DNA of 64,000 nucleotides, taken from NCBI GenBank assembly GCA_963815995.1, contig CAWFIR010000007.1, positions 75,064-139,063 on the forward strand, in the 5' to 3' direction. The notes beneath the pieces are model-generated. The model made no database searches. It was not told the origin of the DNA and saw only the letters and a program-made list of their open reading frames with translations. The position numbers were made by a program, and so were the translations under genes. Below, in pieces: positions 33,466 to 43,732 of the stretch (positions are counted from its first letter, which is position 1; each line of letters begins with the position of its first letter). The stretch comes from an uncultured Actinomycetota bacterium. GTDB lineage: Bacteria > Actinomycetota > Actinomycetes > Mycobacteriales > Mycobacteriaceae.

Positions 33466-34002
33466 ATGACGTCCCTGACTGGGAACACCGCGACCCTGCG
33501 CCGTCGACTGCTCGGCGTACTGACCGCGACCGGGCTGAGCGGCGCCACGGCAGTGGTGCTGCTGTCCGCGCCCGCGGCCGTCGGAGCCTCAGACCCGTGT
33601 GCTGCCAGCGAGATGGCCAAGACGATCAGCAACGTTGCCCGCTCCGCGGGCGACTACCTCGACGGGCATCCGGAGACCAACCAGGCGATGACCTCGGTCA
33701 TGCAGGAGCCGGCCGGTCCACAGTCGGTTAACTCGCTGAAGGGCTACTTCGACGCCAACCCGAAGGCGGCCGGCGATCTGCAGACCATCGCGGCGCCGCT
33801 CGCGGGGCTGTCGAGCAGGTGCAAGATGCCGATCAGCCTGCCCCAGGTGCTCGGCTTCATGCAGTCGGCGCAGGGTGCGGTTCCGGGCGGGTTGCCCGGC
33901 GCCGCGCAGGCCATCTCCGGCGCGCAGAACGCGTTGCCGGGTGGTGCGGCCGCGACGCCCGGCGCCGCCGCAGGTCTGCCCGCTATCAGCGCGTTCAAGT
34001 AA
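33466..34002 (+). CDS. Secreted heme-binding protein / hemophore (Rv0203 ortholog)
   Basis: Signal peptide, DPCAASE...GDYLDGHPETN heme motif and second Cys (SRCK); GAGGAG RBS. Confidence 0.9.
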   Translation: MTSLTGNTATLRRRLLGVLTATGLSGATAVVLLSAPAAVGASDPCAASEMAKTISNVARSAGDYLDGHPETNQAMTSVMQEPAGPQSVNSLKGYFDANPKAAGDLQTIAAPLAGLSSRCKMPISLPQVLGFMQSAQGAVPGGLPGAAQAISGAQNALPGGAAATPGAAAGLPAISAFK

Positions 34003-35137
34003 GTCCTTCGTCCTCGGCCGGCGGTAGCGGGCCTTGCAGGGCGTCGGGCGCTTCGATGGCCTCGTGACACGGCGCTGTCTCTGATTCGTCGTCGGGGTCG
34101 AGCGCGTTCTCGGTGCGGAACATGAAGAAGAACACCACCCAGCCGACCGCCGCGAGCAGCAGCCAGCTGATCAGCCGGTAGATCAGCATCGTCGAGATGG
34201 CGACCGGTAGCGACATGCCGCTGGACGCCAGGCTCGGCACCAGCACCGCCTCCACCACCAGCAGCCCGCCGGGCATCAACGGGATCGTTCCGACCGCGCG
34301 GGCGGCTGCGCAGGCCACCGTCAGACCGCCCACCGACGGATGCGCCCCGGCCGCGTACGCCGCGAAACCGAGGCACGCCACGTCGGCGAACCGGTTGATC
34401 AGGGACCAACTGAAGGCGGTCGCCAGGTCGCGCCGGCTCAGGCTGACCGACTCCAGCTGGCAGAGCATCTCTCGCCACTTGGCCAGCCCGACATCGGCCG
34501 GCCTGCCGCGCAGCGAGTTGAACCGCGCCAACACCCGGCAACCGATCCCTTCGATCAGTTCCGGTCGGGACGCCACCGCCTGGGCCAGCAGCAGCAGCGC
34601 CACGAAGCCGCCCAAGGTGAACAGCAGTGAGAACGGGTTGTTCTTGGCGCCGAGGAAGAACGCGCCGCCGAGCCCCAGCAGCGCCAACCCCACCGCCTGC
34701 AGCACGCCCGACATCACCAGCTGCCAGGACGCGACCAACGTGGACGCGCCCCAAATCCGTTGCTGTCGAAGCAGAAACGTCGCCGCGAGTACCGGGCCGC
34801 CGGGCAGCGTGGTGCTCAGCGCGTTGGCCGCGTAGTAAGCGGCTTCGGACCGCAATTTGTTGACCCGGACCCCGGCCGCCACCAGCAGGGTCCGCTGAAC
34901 CTCGGCGAAGCTGTGCATCAACAGGACGGCCGCCAGTGCGGACGCCAGCAGCCACCACCACTTCGCCGAGTAGAGGCTGCGGGCGGCCTTGGCCAACTGG
35001 TCCCACACCAGCGCCACTTCGACGGCCAGCACGATCGCGACGACGGCCAGAGTGACCCAGCGCAGCCACCAATACTTGCTGCGGGCATGCTCTTCGAGCT
35101 GTCCGTTGACGTTGTTGGCCGCTGCGCCGTGCGACAC
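33995..35137 (-). CDS. Lysylphosphatidylglycerol synthase TM-domain / YbhN family membrane protein (Rv0204c ortholog)
   Basis: Multi-TM; NALSTTLPGG, PGGLLVVEA and YRLISW motifs. Confidence 0.87.
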   Translation of the reverse strand: MSHGAAANNVNGQLEEHARSKYWWLRWVTLAVVAIVLAVEVALVWDQLAKAARSLYSAKWWWLLASALAAVLLMHSFAEVQRTLLVAAGVRVNKLRSEAAYYAANALSTTLPGGPVLAATFLLRQQRIWGASTLVASWQLVMSGVLQAVGLALLGLGGAFFLGAKNNPFSLLFTLGGFVALLLLAQAVASRPELIEGIGCRVLARFNSLRGRPADVGLAKWREMLCQLESVSLSRRDLATAFSWSLINRFADVACLGFAAYAAGAHPSVGGLTVACAAARAVGTIPLMPGGLLVVEAVLVPSLASSGMSLPVAISTMLIYRLISWLLLAAVGWVVFFFMFRTENALDPDDESETAPCHEAIEAPDALQGPLPPAEDEGLT

Positions 35138-35243
35138 GTGTTCAGGGTAGCCGCGCAGGTCGCGCCCGGATCGCTGCTCGGCACAGGTGTCCGCACTGTT
35201 TTACCCGCATGTGACCTGCGCGTCGATGGTTAGGGTGGGCACT

Positions 35244-36392
35244 ATGCCGTCGAGGGCCCCCGCCGATTACGCCGACTCGGTAGAACCGATCGTTCGCAAG
35301 ACCGCAGCATGGGCCTGGCGATTGCTGGTGATCCTGGTCGCGCTGATAACGCTGCTGTGGGTGATCAAGCGGCTGGAAATCATCGTTGTCCCGCTGCTGC
35401 TCGCCTTGATGTTGAGTGCGTTGCTGGTTCCGATCGTCGACTGGCTGGACCGCCGCGGCGCGCCCCGCGGCGGCGCGCTCGCGCTGGTGCTACTGGCCGG
35501 TTTCGCGATTCTGGGCGGCATCATGACGTTCGTCGTCAGCCAATTCATCGTCGGTCTACCGGATTTGGTCAACGAGGTGACCCGAAGCATCGACACCGCA
35601 AAGAAGTGGTTGATCGAGGGACCGCTGCATCTGAGCCGCCAGCAGATCGACCATGCCGGCAACGCCGCGGTCCAGGCGCTGCAGAACAATCAGGAGAAGT
35701 TGACCAGCGGCGCCCTGTCCACCGCGGCCACCATCACCGAAATCGTCACGGCCGCCCTGTTGATGTTGTTCACGCTGATCTTCTTTCTGTACGGCGGGCG
35801 CAACATCTGGCACTACGTGACCAAGATGTTCCCCTCCGATCACCGGGAACGGGTGCGCGCCGCGGGCGTCGCCGGCTTCTGGGCGCTGACCGGCTACGTG
35901 CGGGCCACCTTCCTGGTGGCGTTGGTCGACGCGTTGGGCATCGGCACCGGGTTGGTCATCATGAGCGTGCCACTGGCGCTGCCACTGGCCTCACTGGTGT
36001 TCCTCGGTGCGTTCATCCCGCTGGTGGGTGCCGTCCTCAGCGGCTTCCTGGCGGTGATAGTGGCGCTGCTCGCAAAGGGATTCGTCTACGCGCTCATCAC
36101 CCTGGGCCTGCTCGTCGCGGTGAACCAGCTCGAAGCCCACATCCTGCAGCCGCTGGTGATGGGCCGGGCAGTGTCGATTCACCCGCTGGCCGTGGTGGTG
36201 GCGATCTCGACCGGTGGCGTGCTCGCCGGCATCGTCGGTGCGCTGTTGTCCGTCCCGACCGTCGCGTTCTTCAACAACGCGTTCCAGGTGTTGCTGGCCA
36301 GAGATCCGGCCACCGCGACCGAGGACACCGACGACGAAGACGCCTCGATGCTGCAAGCCGAGCCGGACGAGTTGGAATCGAAAAGCAAATAG
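35244..36392 (+). CDS. AI-2E family transporter (Rv0205 ortholog)
   Basis: [20 protein letters not shown] and HPLAVV...[12 protein letters not shown]-2E motifs. Confidence 0.9.
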   Translation: MPSRAPADYADSVEPIVRKTAAWAWRLLVILVALITLLWVIKRLEIIVVPLLLALMLSALLVPIVDWLDRRGAPRGGALALVLLAGFAILGGIMTFVVSQFIVGLPDLVNEVTRSIDTAKKWLIEGPLHLSRQQIDHAGNAAVQALQNNQEKLTSGALSTAATITEIVTAALLMLFTLIFFLYGGRNIWHYVTKMFPSDHRERVRAAGVAGFWALTGYVRATFLVALVDALGIGTGLVIMSVPLALPLASLVFLGAFIPLVGAVLSGFLAVIVALLAKGFVYALITLGLLVAVNQLEAHILQPLVMGRAVSIHPLAVVVAISTGGVLAGIVGALLSVPTVAFFNNAFQVLLARDPATATEDTDDEDASMLQAEPDELESKSK

Positions 36393-36410
36393 CCGCAGGC
36401 GGATTCGCGA

Positions 36411-39344
36411 CTACATGCGACCTTCGCGGCGCAGCAGATCCGCGGCGCTGAGTCCACCGCCGCGGCGTGGACGGGGCCGGTCGGGGTTGTCGCCGCGGGC
36501 ATTCATCTTCTCGGTGGCGACCTCGGGGTCTTTGTTCTCCGGGGTCGGGATCGCGGTGGTGGCGTCTGCGGGTTCGTCGGGCGGCTGGCCCGACGGTTGT
36601 TCGCGCGGAATCTGCAGCGCCCGGGTCTCGTCCGCGGACGGCTGCGGCGGCGGTGTGGGGCCGGCGCCGCGCGGGTCGCCGGTCTTCCCGCCGCGCAAGT
36701 CGCTCAGCCAGGACTCGATCTCGCGGTCGTCCTCGGGAGCGGGTGGTGGGGGGCCCTGCGGCGGCGCAGGCGGACGTCCGGTCGACGGGTTCGCCTGCGC
36801 CGAGAAGCGGGTCGTCGGAGCCTCTTTCGGCTCGGGCCGACCCGGAGCCGGCATTCTCGTGGTGCCGGCGGCCGACGGTGCGTCCGGTGTCGGCGGCCGG
36901 AGGTCCGGCCGAGGTGGAGGCGCAACCGGCCGGCTGCGCCGCGGCGCACCCTCGGCGCTGGGATGCGTGGGGTCGTGCGGCGGGTGAGGCGTCACCGGCG
37001 GGCGGGTAGTGGTCGCCGGCCGTGAAGACCGGGGCCGCGGCGACGGCAGCTTGCGCTCGTCGGGCAGATGAATCTCGCCGAGTCCCAAGCGATTCTGTAG
37101 GCGCTTCATCCACATCGGCGCCCACCAGCAGTCGTCGCCGAGCAGCTTCATCACCGCGGGCACCAGGAACATCCGGACGACGGTGGCGTCCAACAGCAGT
37201 GCGGCCATCAGACCGAACGCCAGATACTTCATCATCACCAGGTCGGAGAACACGAACGAGCCGGCGACCACGGCGAGCACCAACGCCGCCGCGGTGATCA
37301 GGCGGCCGGTGGTCGCCGTGCCGATCCGGATGGCTTCGGCAGTGGACATGCCGCGTGCTCTGGCCTCTACCATCCGCGAGACCAGGAAGACCTCGTAGTC
37401 GGTGGCCAGACCGAATCCGACCGCGACGACCAATGCGATCAGGACGACCATCAACGGTGTCGGCGTGAAATTCAGCCAGCTGGAGAAATGCCCGTCGACG
37501 AAGATCCAGGTCAAGATGCCCAGCGTCGAGCCCAGGGTCAGCGCGCTCATCACCGCGGCCTTGATCGGCAGCACCACCGATCCGAATGCCAGGAACATCA
37601 ACAGCATCGTCGTGGTGAGCAGCACCACCAGCATCAATGGCGCCTTGTCGAACAAGCTGTGGATGCTGTCTTGCTCAAGCGCCGGAACGCCGCCGACCAA
37701 GACGGTCAAGCCTCTCGGTGGCGTGATCGATCGCAGCTCAGCAAGCTTCTTGGCGGCGTCGTTGGCTTTCGACAGCCCGTTCTGGATCACCCGAACCGAG
37801 TCGTTCTTGGGGTGGCTGCCGTTCGGTCCCGAGACGCACGGGTTGCCCTCGATGGTCGGGCAGGCTCGCTCTTGCCAGGTCGTGTCGGTGAATCCGCTGA
37901 TCGACGCGGCGTCGTTGCGGATCTCGGCGACCTGTTGGTCGGTGACCTTGCTGTGGTTGTCGCTCTCGATCACCAGCGTCAGCTGGTTCGTTCGATAGCC
38001 GGGGAACAGTTTGTCGAAGTTCTCCTGCGCCAGGCGTACCGAGTTGTCTGGCGGTAGGTACTTTTCGCTCATCCCGCCGAAGGAGAGGTTGTGCAGCGGG
38101 ATGACCAGCGCGATCATCCCGATAATGATGGGGATGGCGAAGACCAGCGGCCGCCGCATGACGACGTTGACCAGCTTGCCCCAGAACCCGGCTTCCACCT
38201 CTTCGCGGGTCTTGGTCTTCTGCAGCCGATCGGCCAGCCAGTTCAGGTAGGCCCGCGACGGCTTCCAGTTCGCCAGGAAAGGTATCCGGAACAGGGTGCG
38301 CACGCCGAGGGCGTCGACGTGGTTGCCGAGGACCGCCAGGCAGGCCGGCAGCAGCGTGATCGACAGGATCGCGGCCAGCGTCACCGAGATGATCACTGCG
38401 TAGGTCAGCGACTTCACGAAGCCCTGCGGCAACAAAAAGAGGCTAGACGCAGACGCCGCTATCAGGACCGCCGAGAACACCACCGTGCGACCGGCCGTCA
38501 TCATCGTGCGGCGGACCGCGGCCTCGGTGTCGTATCCCTCGGCGATCTCCTCACGGAAACGACTCACCACGAACAGCCCGTAGTCGATCGCGATACCGAA
38601 ACCCATCATGGACACGACCGGCTGGGCGAAGAAACTCAGCGGCCCGAACATCGTGATGAATCGCAGGATGCCCAGCGAGCCGGCGATGCTCAGGCCACCG
38701 ACCATCACCGGCAGGGCGGCCGCGATCACGCCACCGAACACCAGGAAGAGCACCACCGCCACCAGCGGCAGCGCCAGCACTTCCATGCGCTTCTGGTCAG
38801 TCGCAATGGTGCCGGTAAGTGCGTTGGCGATCGGCTCCAGGCCGGCGAGTTGGACCTGGCCGCCGTTGAGCTTCTGCAGACTCGGCTCGATGTCCTTGTA
38901 GTTGGTCAGAATCGTGTCGTCGTCGTTGCCCTTGAGCGGGATGCTGACGAAGGTGTGCTTGCCGTCCTCGCTGGCCATTCCCTTGATGACGGTGTCGGTG
39001 CTGGTCGGGGCGGCCAGCCAGCCGGCCCAGCCGACGACCTGGTCGGGATGGTCTTTCTTGAAGGCGTTGAGCTCGTCGACGATTTTTTTCTGCCACGCCG
39101 GGTCGTTGACCGACTTGGGTGCGGTGAAGGTCGCCACGATGTGGCTGGTTCGGTCGCGTCCGTAGGTATTGTCGCCCAGTACCGATGCCTTGACCGACTG
39201 GCTGCCGTCGTCGTAAAACCCGCTCTGCGTCACGTGCTTGCCGAGGCTCATCCCGAAGAGGCCGCCGAGCAGGCTCAGCGCCACCATTACGCCGATCACG
39301 ATGAACCGGTAGCGATATACAGTTCGACCCCACCAGGCGAACAC
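36411..39344 (-). CDS. mmpL3: Trehalose monomycolate transporter MmpL3
   Basis: MFAWWGRTVYRYR start, GIAIDYGLF and GLATDYEVFL, Pro-rich tail ending SAADLLRREGRM. Confidence 0.96.
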   Translation of the reverse strand: MFAWWGRTVYRYRFIVIGVMVALSLLGGLFGMSLGKHVTQSGFYDDGSQSVKASVLGDNTYGRDRTSHIVATFTAPKSVNDPAWQKKIVDELNAFKKDHPDQVVGWAGWLAAPTSTDTVIKGMASEDGKHTFVSIPLKGNDDDTILTNYKDIEPSLQKLNGGQVQLAGLEPIANALTGTIATDQKRMEVLALPLVAVVLFLVFGGVIAAALPVMVGGLSIAGSLGILRFITMFGPLSFFAQPVVSMMGFGIAIDYGLFVVSRFREEIAEGYDTEAAVRRTMMTAGRTVVFSAVLIAASASSLFLLPQGFVKSLTYAVIISVTLAAILSITLLPACLAVLGNHVDALGVRTLFRIPFLANWKPSRAYLNWLADRLQKTKTREEVEAGFWGKLVNVVMRRPLVFAIPIIIGMIALVIPLHNLSFGGMSEKYLPPDNSVRLAQENFDKLFPGYRTNQLTLVIESDNHSKVTDQQVAEIRNDAASISGFTDTTWQERACPTIEGNPCVSGPNGSHPKNDSVRVIQNGLSKANDAAKKLAELRSITPPRGLTVLVGGVPALEQDSIHSLFDKAPLMLVVLLTTTMLLMFLAFGSVVLPIKAAVMSALTLGSTLGILTWIFVDGHFSSWLNFTPTPLMVVLIALVVAVGFGLATDYEVFLVSRMVEARARGMSTAEAIRIGTATTGRLITAAALVLAVVAGSFVFSDLVMMKYLAFGLMAALLLDATVVRMFLVPAVMKLLGDDCWWAPMWMKRLQNRLGLGEIHLPDERKLPSPRPRSSRPATTTRPPVTPHPPHDPTHPSAEGAPRRSRPVAPPPRPDLRPPTPDAPSAAGTTRMPAPGRPEPKEAPTTRFSAQANPSTGRPPAPPQGPPPPAPEDDREIESWLSDLRGGKTGDPRGAGPTPPPQPSADETRALQIPREQPSGQPPDEPADATTAIPTPENKDPEVATEKMNARGDNPDRPRPRRGGGLSAADLLRREGRM

Positions 39345-39393
39345 GTAAGCTCCTTACTGGATCTGCGGCGACCCGCGCATTAGTTTTGAGTTG

Positions 39394-40088
39394 TCAGACA
39401 CGCGAGGTCAGCAACGAGGACAGCGGCCGGAACGGTTGCAGCCACGCCCCCTTGTCAGGCAGCGAATCGAGGCCGATCCGCGGCAGTGGCTCCCGGAACA
39501 CACCGGTGATGTCCTCCAGGTCGACAAACTCCAAGGTATCCGACGCTAGCGCCCAACTGGCATGTTCGCGAAATCCAAGCACCTGCACAGGTACCCCGCT
39601 ATGCGCGATTTCCTCGAGCGGAAGCCGGAATGCCTGGCCGTCGGCGGACGCCACCATCAGCGCCGCTAAACCCTCCTGCGAGCGCTGCGCGATGTGCTCG
39701 AGCATGTCGCTGTCGACGTCGCTGTCCTCGTCGAGCTTGGGCTTGGCGAAGACCGCGAATCCGACGTTGCGCAGTGCATCGACCCACGGCCGCACCACAT
39801 CGGCGCTGCCAGCGGCGATGTTGGTGAACACCGTCGCCTCCGGTTCGGCCGAACATCGTCCCGGTTGACTGCCACTTCGGCGGTGCGGGCCAGCAACCAG
39901 CGGCCGAGCGCGTCGAAGCGGGGCCGTTCCGTCGCGGTGGGCCGCCGGCCGAGGATGGATCCCAGCCCCATGTCCAGGTTCGGCGCATCCCAGACCAGAA
40001 GCACCCGACGAGCCGCCGGCGATACATCGGCCGCGGGGTCGCCGGGCAACCCGACCGGGGCGCTGGCTTTTTCTTCGATGAGGCTCAT
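39394..40088 (-). pseudogene. NYN domain protein (Rv0207c ortholog), frameshift near 39855
   Basis: LLVWDAPNLDMG (ORF 39666-40088) joins EPEATVFTN...VASADG (ORF 39394-40200) across an indel. Confidence 0.85.
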
Positions 40089-40879
40089 GGGCGGGATCTT
40101 TCCCAGAGAAATTCGGTGACGGCGCTGCCGGCAACGTGCGCCTTGCCCTCGTATTTCGTGACCGGTCGGACGACGGAGATCGGCGTGTCGGCGCCGGCAT
40201 CCAGCCTGGTCAGACTGGGTTCAGCGTCGCCCACCTCGGCGATCTGCTCGGCGTAGCCGGCATGGTCGGTGGCGGCGTGCAGTACCCCGCCCGGCCGCAA
40301 CCGGTCCGCGATCGTGGCCACCGTCTCCGGCTGCAGCAGCCGGCGCTTGTGGTGACGGGCCTTGGGCCACGGGTCCGGGAAGAACACCCGGACCCCGCTC
40401 AGCGAGCCGGGGGCGATCAATTGGTCCAGCACGTCGACGGCGTCCCCACGGATCAGCCGGATATTGGTGACGTCTTCGCGGTCGATGCCGGACAGTAATT
40501 GGGCCAGTCCGCGTCGGTACACCTCGATGGCGATCACATCGACGTCCGGCTCGGATTTCGCCATCGCTAGTGTGGAAGTTCCTGTGCCACAGCCGATTTC
40601 AAGGACAAGTGGAGCATCACGGCCGAACCAGGCGTGAGTGTCCAGCGGTTCGGCCGGCGCTTCGTGATCACCCCCCGACGTGACGACGTAGCCGAGCTCG
40701 GGCCACAGCCGCTCCCAGGTCCGCTGCTGGGCGGCCGACAACTGCGAGCGCCGGGTGCGGAAGCTGGTCGTCCGGCGGTAGCCGCCGACGCCACGTTCGG
40801 CACGCAGGTCGGAACGAGGTGTCGGCGGTGTGACCGCGTCCACCCAGGGTTGCGCGCGCATCCGTTCATCGTTACCCAT
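40085..40879 (-). CDS. trmB: tRNA (guanine-N7)-methyltransferase
   Basis: LEIGCGTG, FFPDPWPKARHHKRRL and TKYE motifs. Confidence 0.95.
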   Translation of the reverse strand: MGNDERMRAQPWVDAVTPPTPRSDLRAERGVGGYRRTTSFRTRRSQLSAAQQRTWERLWPELGYVVTSGGDHEAPAEPLDTHAWFGRDAPLVLEIGCGTGTSTLAMAKSEPDVDVIAIEVYRRGLAQLLSGIDREDVTNIRLIRGDAVDVLDQLIAPGSLSGVRVFFPDPWPKARHHKRRLLQPETVATIADRLRPGGVLHAATDHAGYAEQIAEVGDAEPSLTRLDAGADTPISVVRPVTKYEGKAHVAGSAVTEFLWERSRP

Positions 40880-41105
40880 CAACCCATCATGTTGCCGCCC
40901 GCGGGGCAGATTGATACCCAACAGTTGCCTTTGACTGGTATCGGGTGACTCGCTTCCCAGCGGTGCAAATGTCACCATTCGACCGACAAACCGGTGGTGC
41001 TGCGCCGCGATCGGCGGTTACTCGGCCACAATGAGGCGTTAGCAGCAACTACGAGGCGGATAGGGGCATCCGATTTTCGTCGAAGAGCTGGAGCGGTTTG
41101 CGGCG

Positions 41106-42032
41106 GTGGTTTGCGACCCGCGCTGCACCGTGATCGCCAGACGACTCGCCACCCCGTTGCGGGTGGCGGTATCGGGACGCCGCGGTGTCGGCCGCCGCAC
41201 GGTCGCGCGCGCACTGGCCCAGGCCGGGAGCCTGCGCGGCACGATGACGCTGACCACTTCTTCGGCCGCTGATGTGGACCTCTATGTTCTCGCCGACGCG
41301 GTCAAACCCGAGGACCGCGTCGCGATCGGAGCAGCCAGGCGGCCGCTGCTAGCGGTGCTGAACAAGGCAGACCTGATCGCGACCACCGAATCCGGCTGCC
41401 ATCCGCACGGGCCGACCACCGCGGCCAGGGCCCGATGCGTGCGACTGTCGGCCGCGGCCGGCACCTCGATACAACCGGTGGCGGGCATCCTCGCGGTCGA
41501 CGGCCTGGAGGACGCCCTGTGGTCTGCGCTGCGGGCGCTGGCCGACGGGCATCCTGTCGACGCGGAGTCGCGCCGCCGGCTGATGGACACCCTCGACGCG
41601 TTCGGTGTCGCGCAGGCGACCGCCGCGATCCGGCGTGGGGCGACCCGTGCCGGCGTCCTAGCCCTGCTCCGGAGCCTGAGCTGCATTGACGAGGTCGTCG
41701 ACCAGATCGAGGCGCTCGGCGCACCCGTGCGCTACCAGCGGGTGCTGGACGCCGTCGCCGAACTGGAGACACTGGCCGTCACCGACCGGCGAATCCGCGA
41801 GTTCCTGTCCCGCGACGACACGGTGGTCGCCCGGATGATGGCCGCGGTGGACGTCGTCGAGGCGGTCGGCATGGACGTCGACCGCGGCGACACGGCTGCG
41901 GCGCACCTGCGCCGCGCGGTGCACTGGCAGCGCTACCGCCGTGGGCCGGTCGCGGCTGCCCACCGCGCCTGCGGCGCCGACATCGTCAGGGGTTCGCTAC
42001 GACTGTGGATGCAGGTCGGAGGCGCGGTGTGA
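41106..42032 (+). CDS. Rv0209 ortholog, degenerate dynamin/IniC-like protein (true start probably slightly upstream)
   Basis: PLRVAVSGRRGVGRRT P-loop-like motif and VLNKAD G4-like motif. Homology appears to extend upstream (GHPIFVEELERF) to an in-frame TAG at 41061. Confidence 0.75.
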   Translation: MVCDPRCTVIARRLATPLRVAVSGRRGVGRRTVARALAQAGSLRGTMTLTTSSAADVDLYVLADAVKPEDRVAIGAARRPLLAVLNKADLIATTESGCHPHGPTTAARARCVRLSAAAGTSIQPVAGILAVDGLEDALWSALRALADGHPVDAESRRRLMDTLDAFGVAQATAAIRRGATRAGVLALLRSLSCIDEVVDQIEALGAPVRYQRVLDAVAELETLAVTDRRIREFLSRDDTVVARMMAAVDVVEAVGMDVDRGDTAAAHLRRAVHWQRYRRGPVAAAHRACGADIVRGSLRLWMQVGGAV

Positions 42033-43625
42033 CCAAAAAGCCAGGCAACGATGCGGTTGCCGAGGTGGACAAGATGGTGGCGGCGATCGGCCCTCAACTC
42101 GACGTACCGAACATCGAGCGGCTGGAGGCCGTAATGGTCACCGGACCGTGGCTGGCCGGGGTGACGAGCGTGGTCGCCGCGCTCCGCGAGCGGCTGCCGA
42201 AGCAGAAGTTCGTCGAGTCAGCGGACCTGAAGGCCGGCGAAGCACCGACGTTGGTGGTGTTCGTCGTCTCGGCGGCCGCCATGTTGACCGAATCCGACTG
42301 CGCGCTGCTCGACGCGTCGGTGGCCGAGACCGACGCGCTGATCGGCGCGGTGTCCAAGATCGACGCGCATCGCAACTGGGAAGAAGTCGCTGGCCGGCGA
42401 CCGCGAGGTGCTGGGGTCGCACGCTGCGCGTTACCGCCACGTGCCGTGGGTCGGGGTCGCCGCGGCGCCCGAATCCGGTGAACCTCGGATCGACGACCTC
42501 GTTGCCGCGGTAACGGACAAACTCGCCGACAAAGACCTTCCGCGGCGAAATAGGTTGCGGGCGTGGAACTCTCGACTGGCAGACCATTGCCGGCCGATAT
42601 GATCGCGATGCCGATAGCGCTGGCCGGCGGGCGCGGGTGGAGGTACTGCGCGAGCAGCGCAGCGCGATCCTGCGGCAGCGACGGCTGTCCAAGACCGAAC
42701 GCACGATCGCGTTGCGCAGCCAGACCCAGCAGGCCCGGGTTCAGCTGTCGTACTTCGCGCGCAACCGCTGCACCTCGGTCCGCTCCGAGCTGCAGGAGGA
42801 CGTCGCGAGCCTGACCAGGGCCAAGCTGCCGGAGTTCGAGTCCTACGCGGTTCGGCGCCTCAACGAGGTGATCACCGAGGTCGACGATGGCACCACCACA
42901 CATCTGGCCGACGTCGTGGAGGGGCTGGGCCTGACGGTCGACCCGCCGGTGCCGGCTTCGCTGCCCGACAATCGACCTGCCGGCGCCCCAGCTGAAGTCG
43001 CGGAAGCTGGAGACCCGGCTGATGATGCTGGTGGGCGCCGGCTTCGGGCTGGGGGTGGCGCTGACGCTGAGTCGGCTGCTGGCCGATCTGACGCCCGGGC
43101 TGACGGTGGCCGGGGCCGTCGCGTGCGCAGCGATCGGACTGGCGCTGACGGTCTGGGTGGTCAGCACGCGTGGGCTGCTGCGCGACCGCGCGCTGCTCGA
43201 CCGCTGGGTCGGCGAGGCGACCGCGCAACTGCAGTCCGCGGTGGAGCAGCTGGTGGCCACCCGGGTGCTGGCGACGGAGTCGTCGCTGACCGCCGCACTG
43301 GGCGAGCAGGACGAGGCCGAAAGCGCACGGGTCGCGCAACAGGTCGGCGTCATCGACACCGAGCTGCGCGAGCACTCCGTTCTCGGGGCGCGCGCCGCCG
43401 CGCTGCGTGGGCGGGAAATGCCGACCCTGCGGGCCGCCCTCGAGGCGGTGCGGTCGGACCTCGGCGAAGCCGTCGAACCCGAGGACAACGCAGATACCCC
43501 GTCCGACGACGCGGGAGCACTGTCCGAGGCTTCAGTGCCTTCCGATGAGGATGACGAGGAAATTGACGAAAGATTCGCCGACAAATACCGCCGACAACGT
43601 GTTCTGAATCGTTCCTGTGAGTTAA
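42029..43625 (+). pseudogene. Rv0210 ortholog, IniA/dynamin-like membrane protein, broken by about three frameshifts
   Basis: Pieces lie in successive frames: VTGPWLAGVTS...SKIDAHRNW, RYRHVPWVG, RSQTQQARVQL, then the TM hairpin [12 protein letters not shown] and a coiled coil. The 3' end is uncertain. Confidence 0.75.
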
Positions 43626-43732
43626 CCAATACCGCCTCGACTTTTTATGGGTATACACCTCGCGATAGCCTGTCTAGAGGCCGCCGCAAACTAGCCGCGC
43701 AACACGCACAACCGCGACTGCAGGAGATTTCG

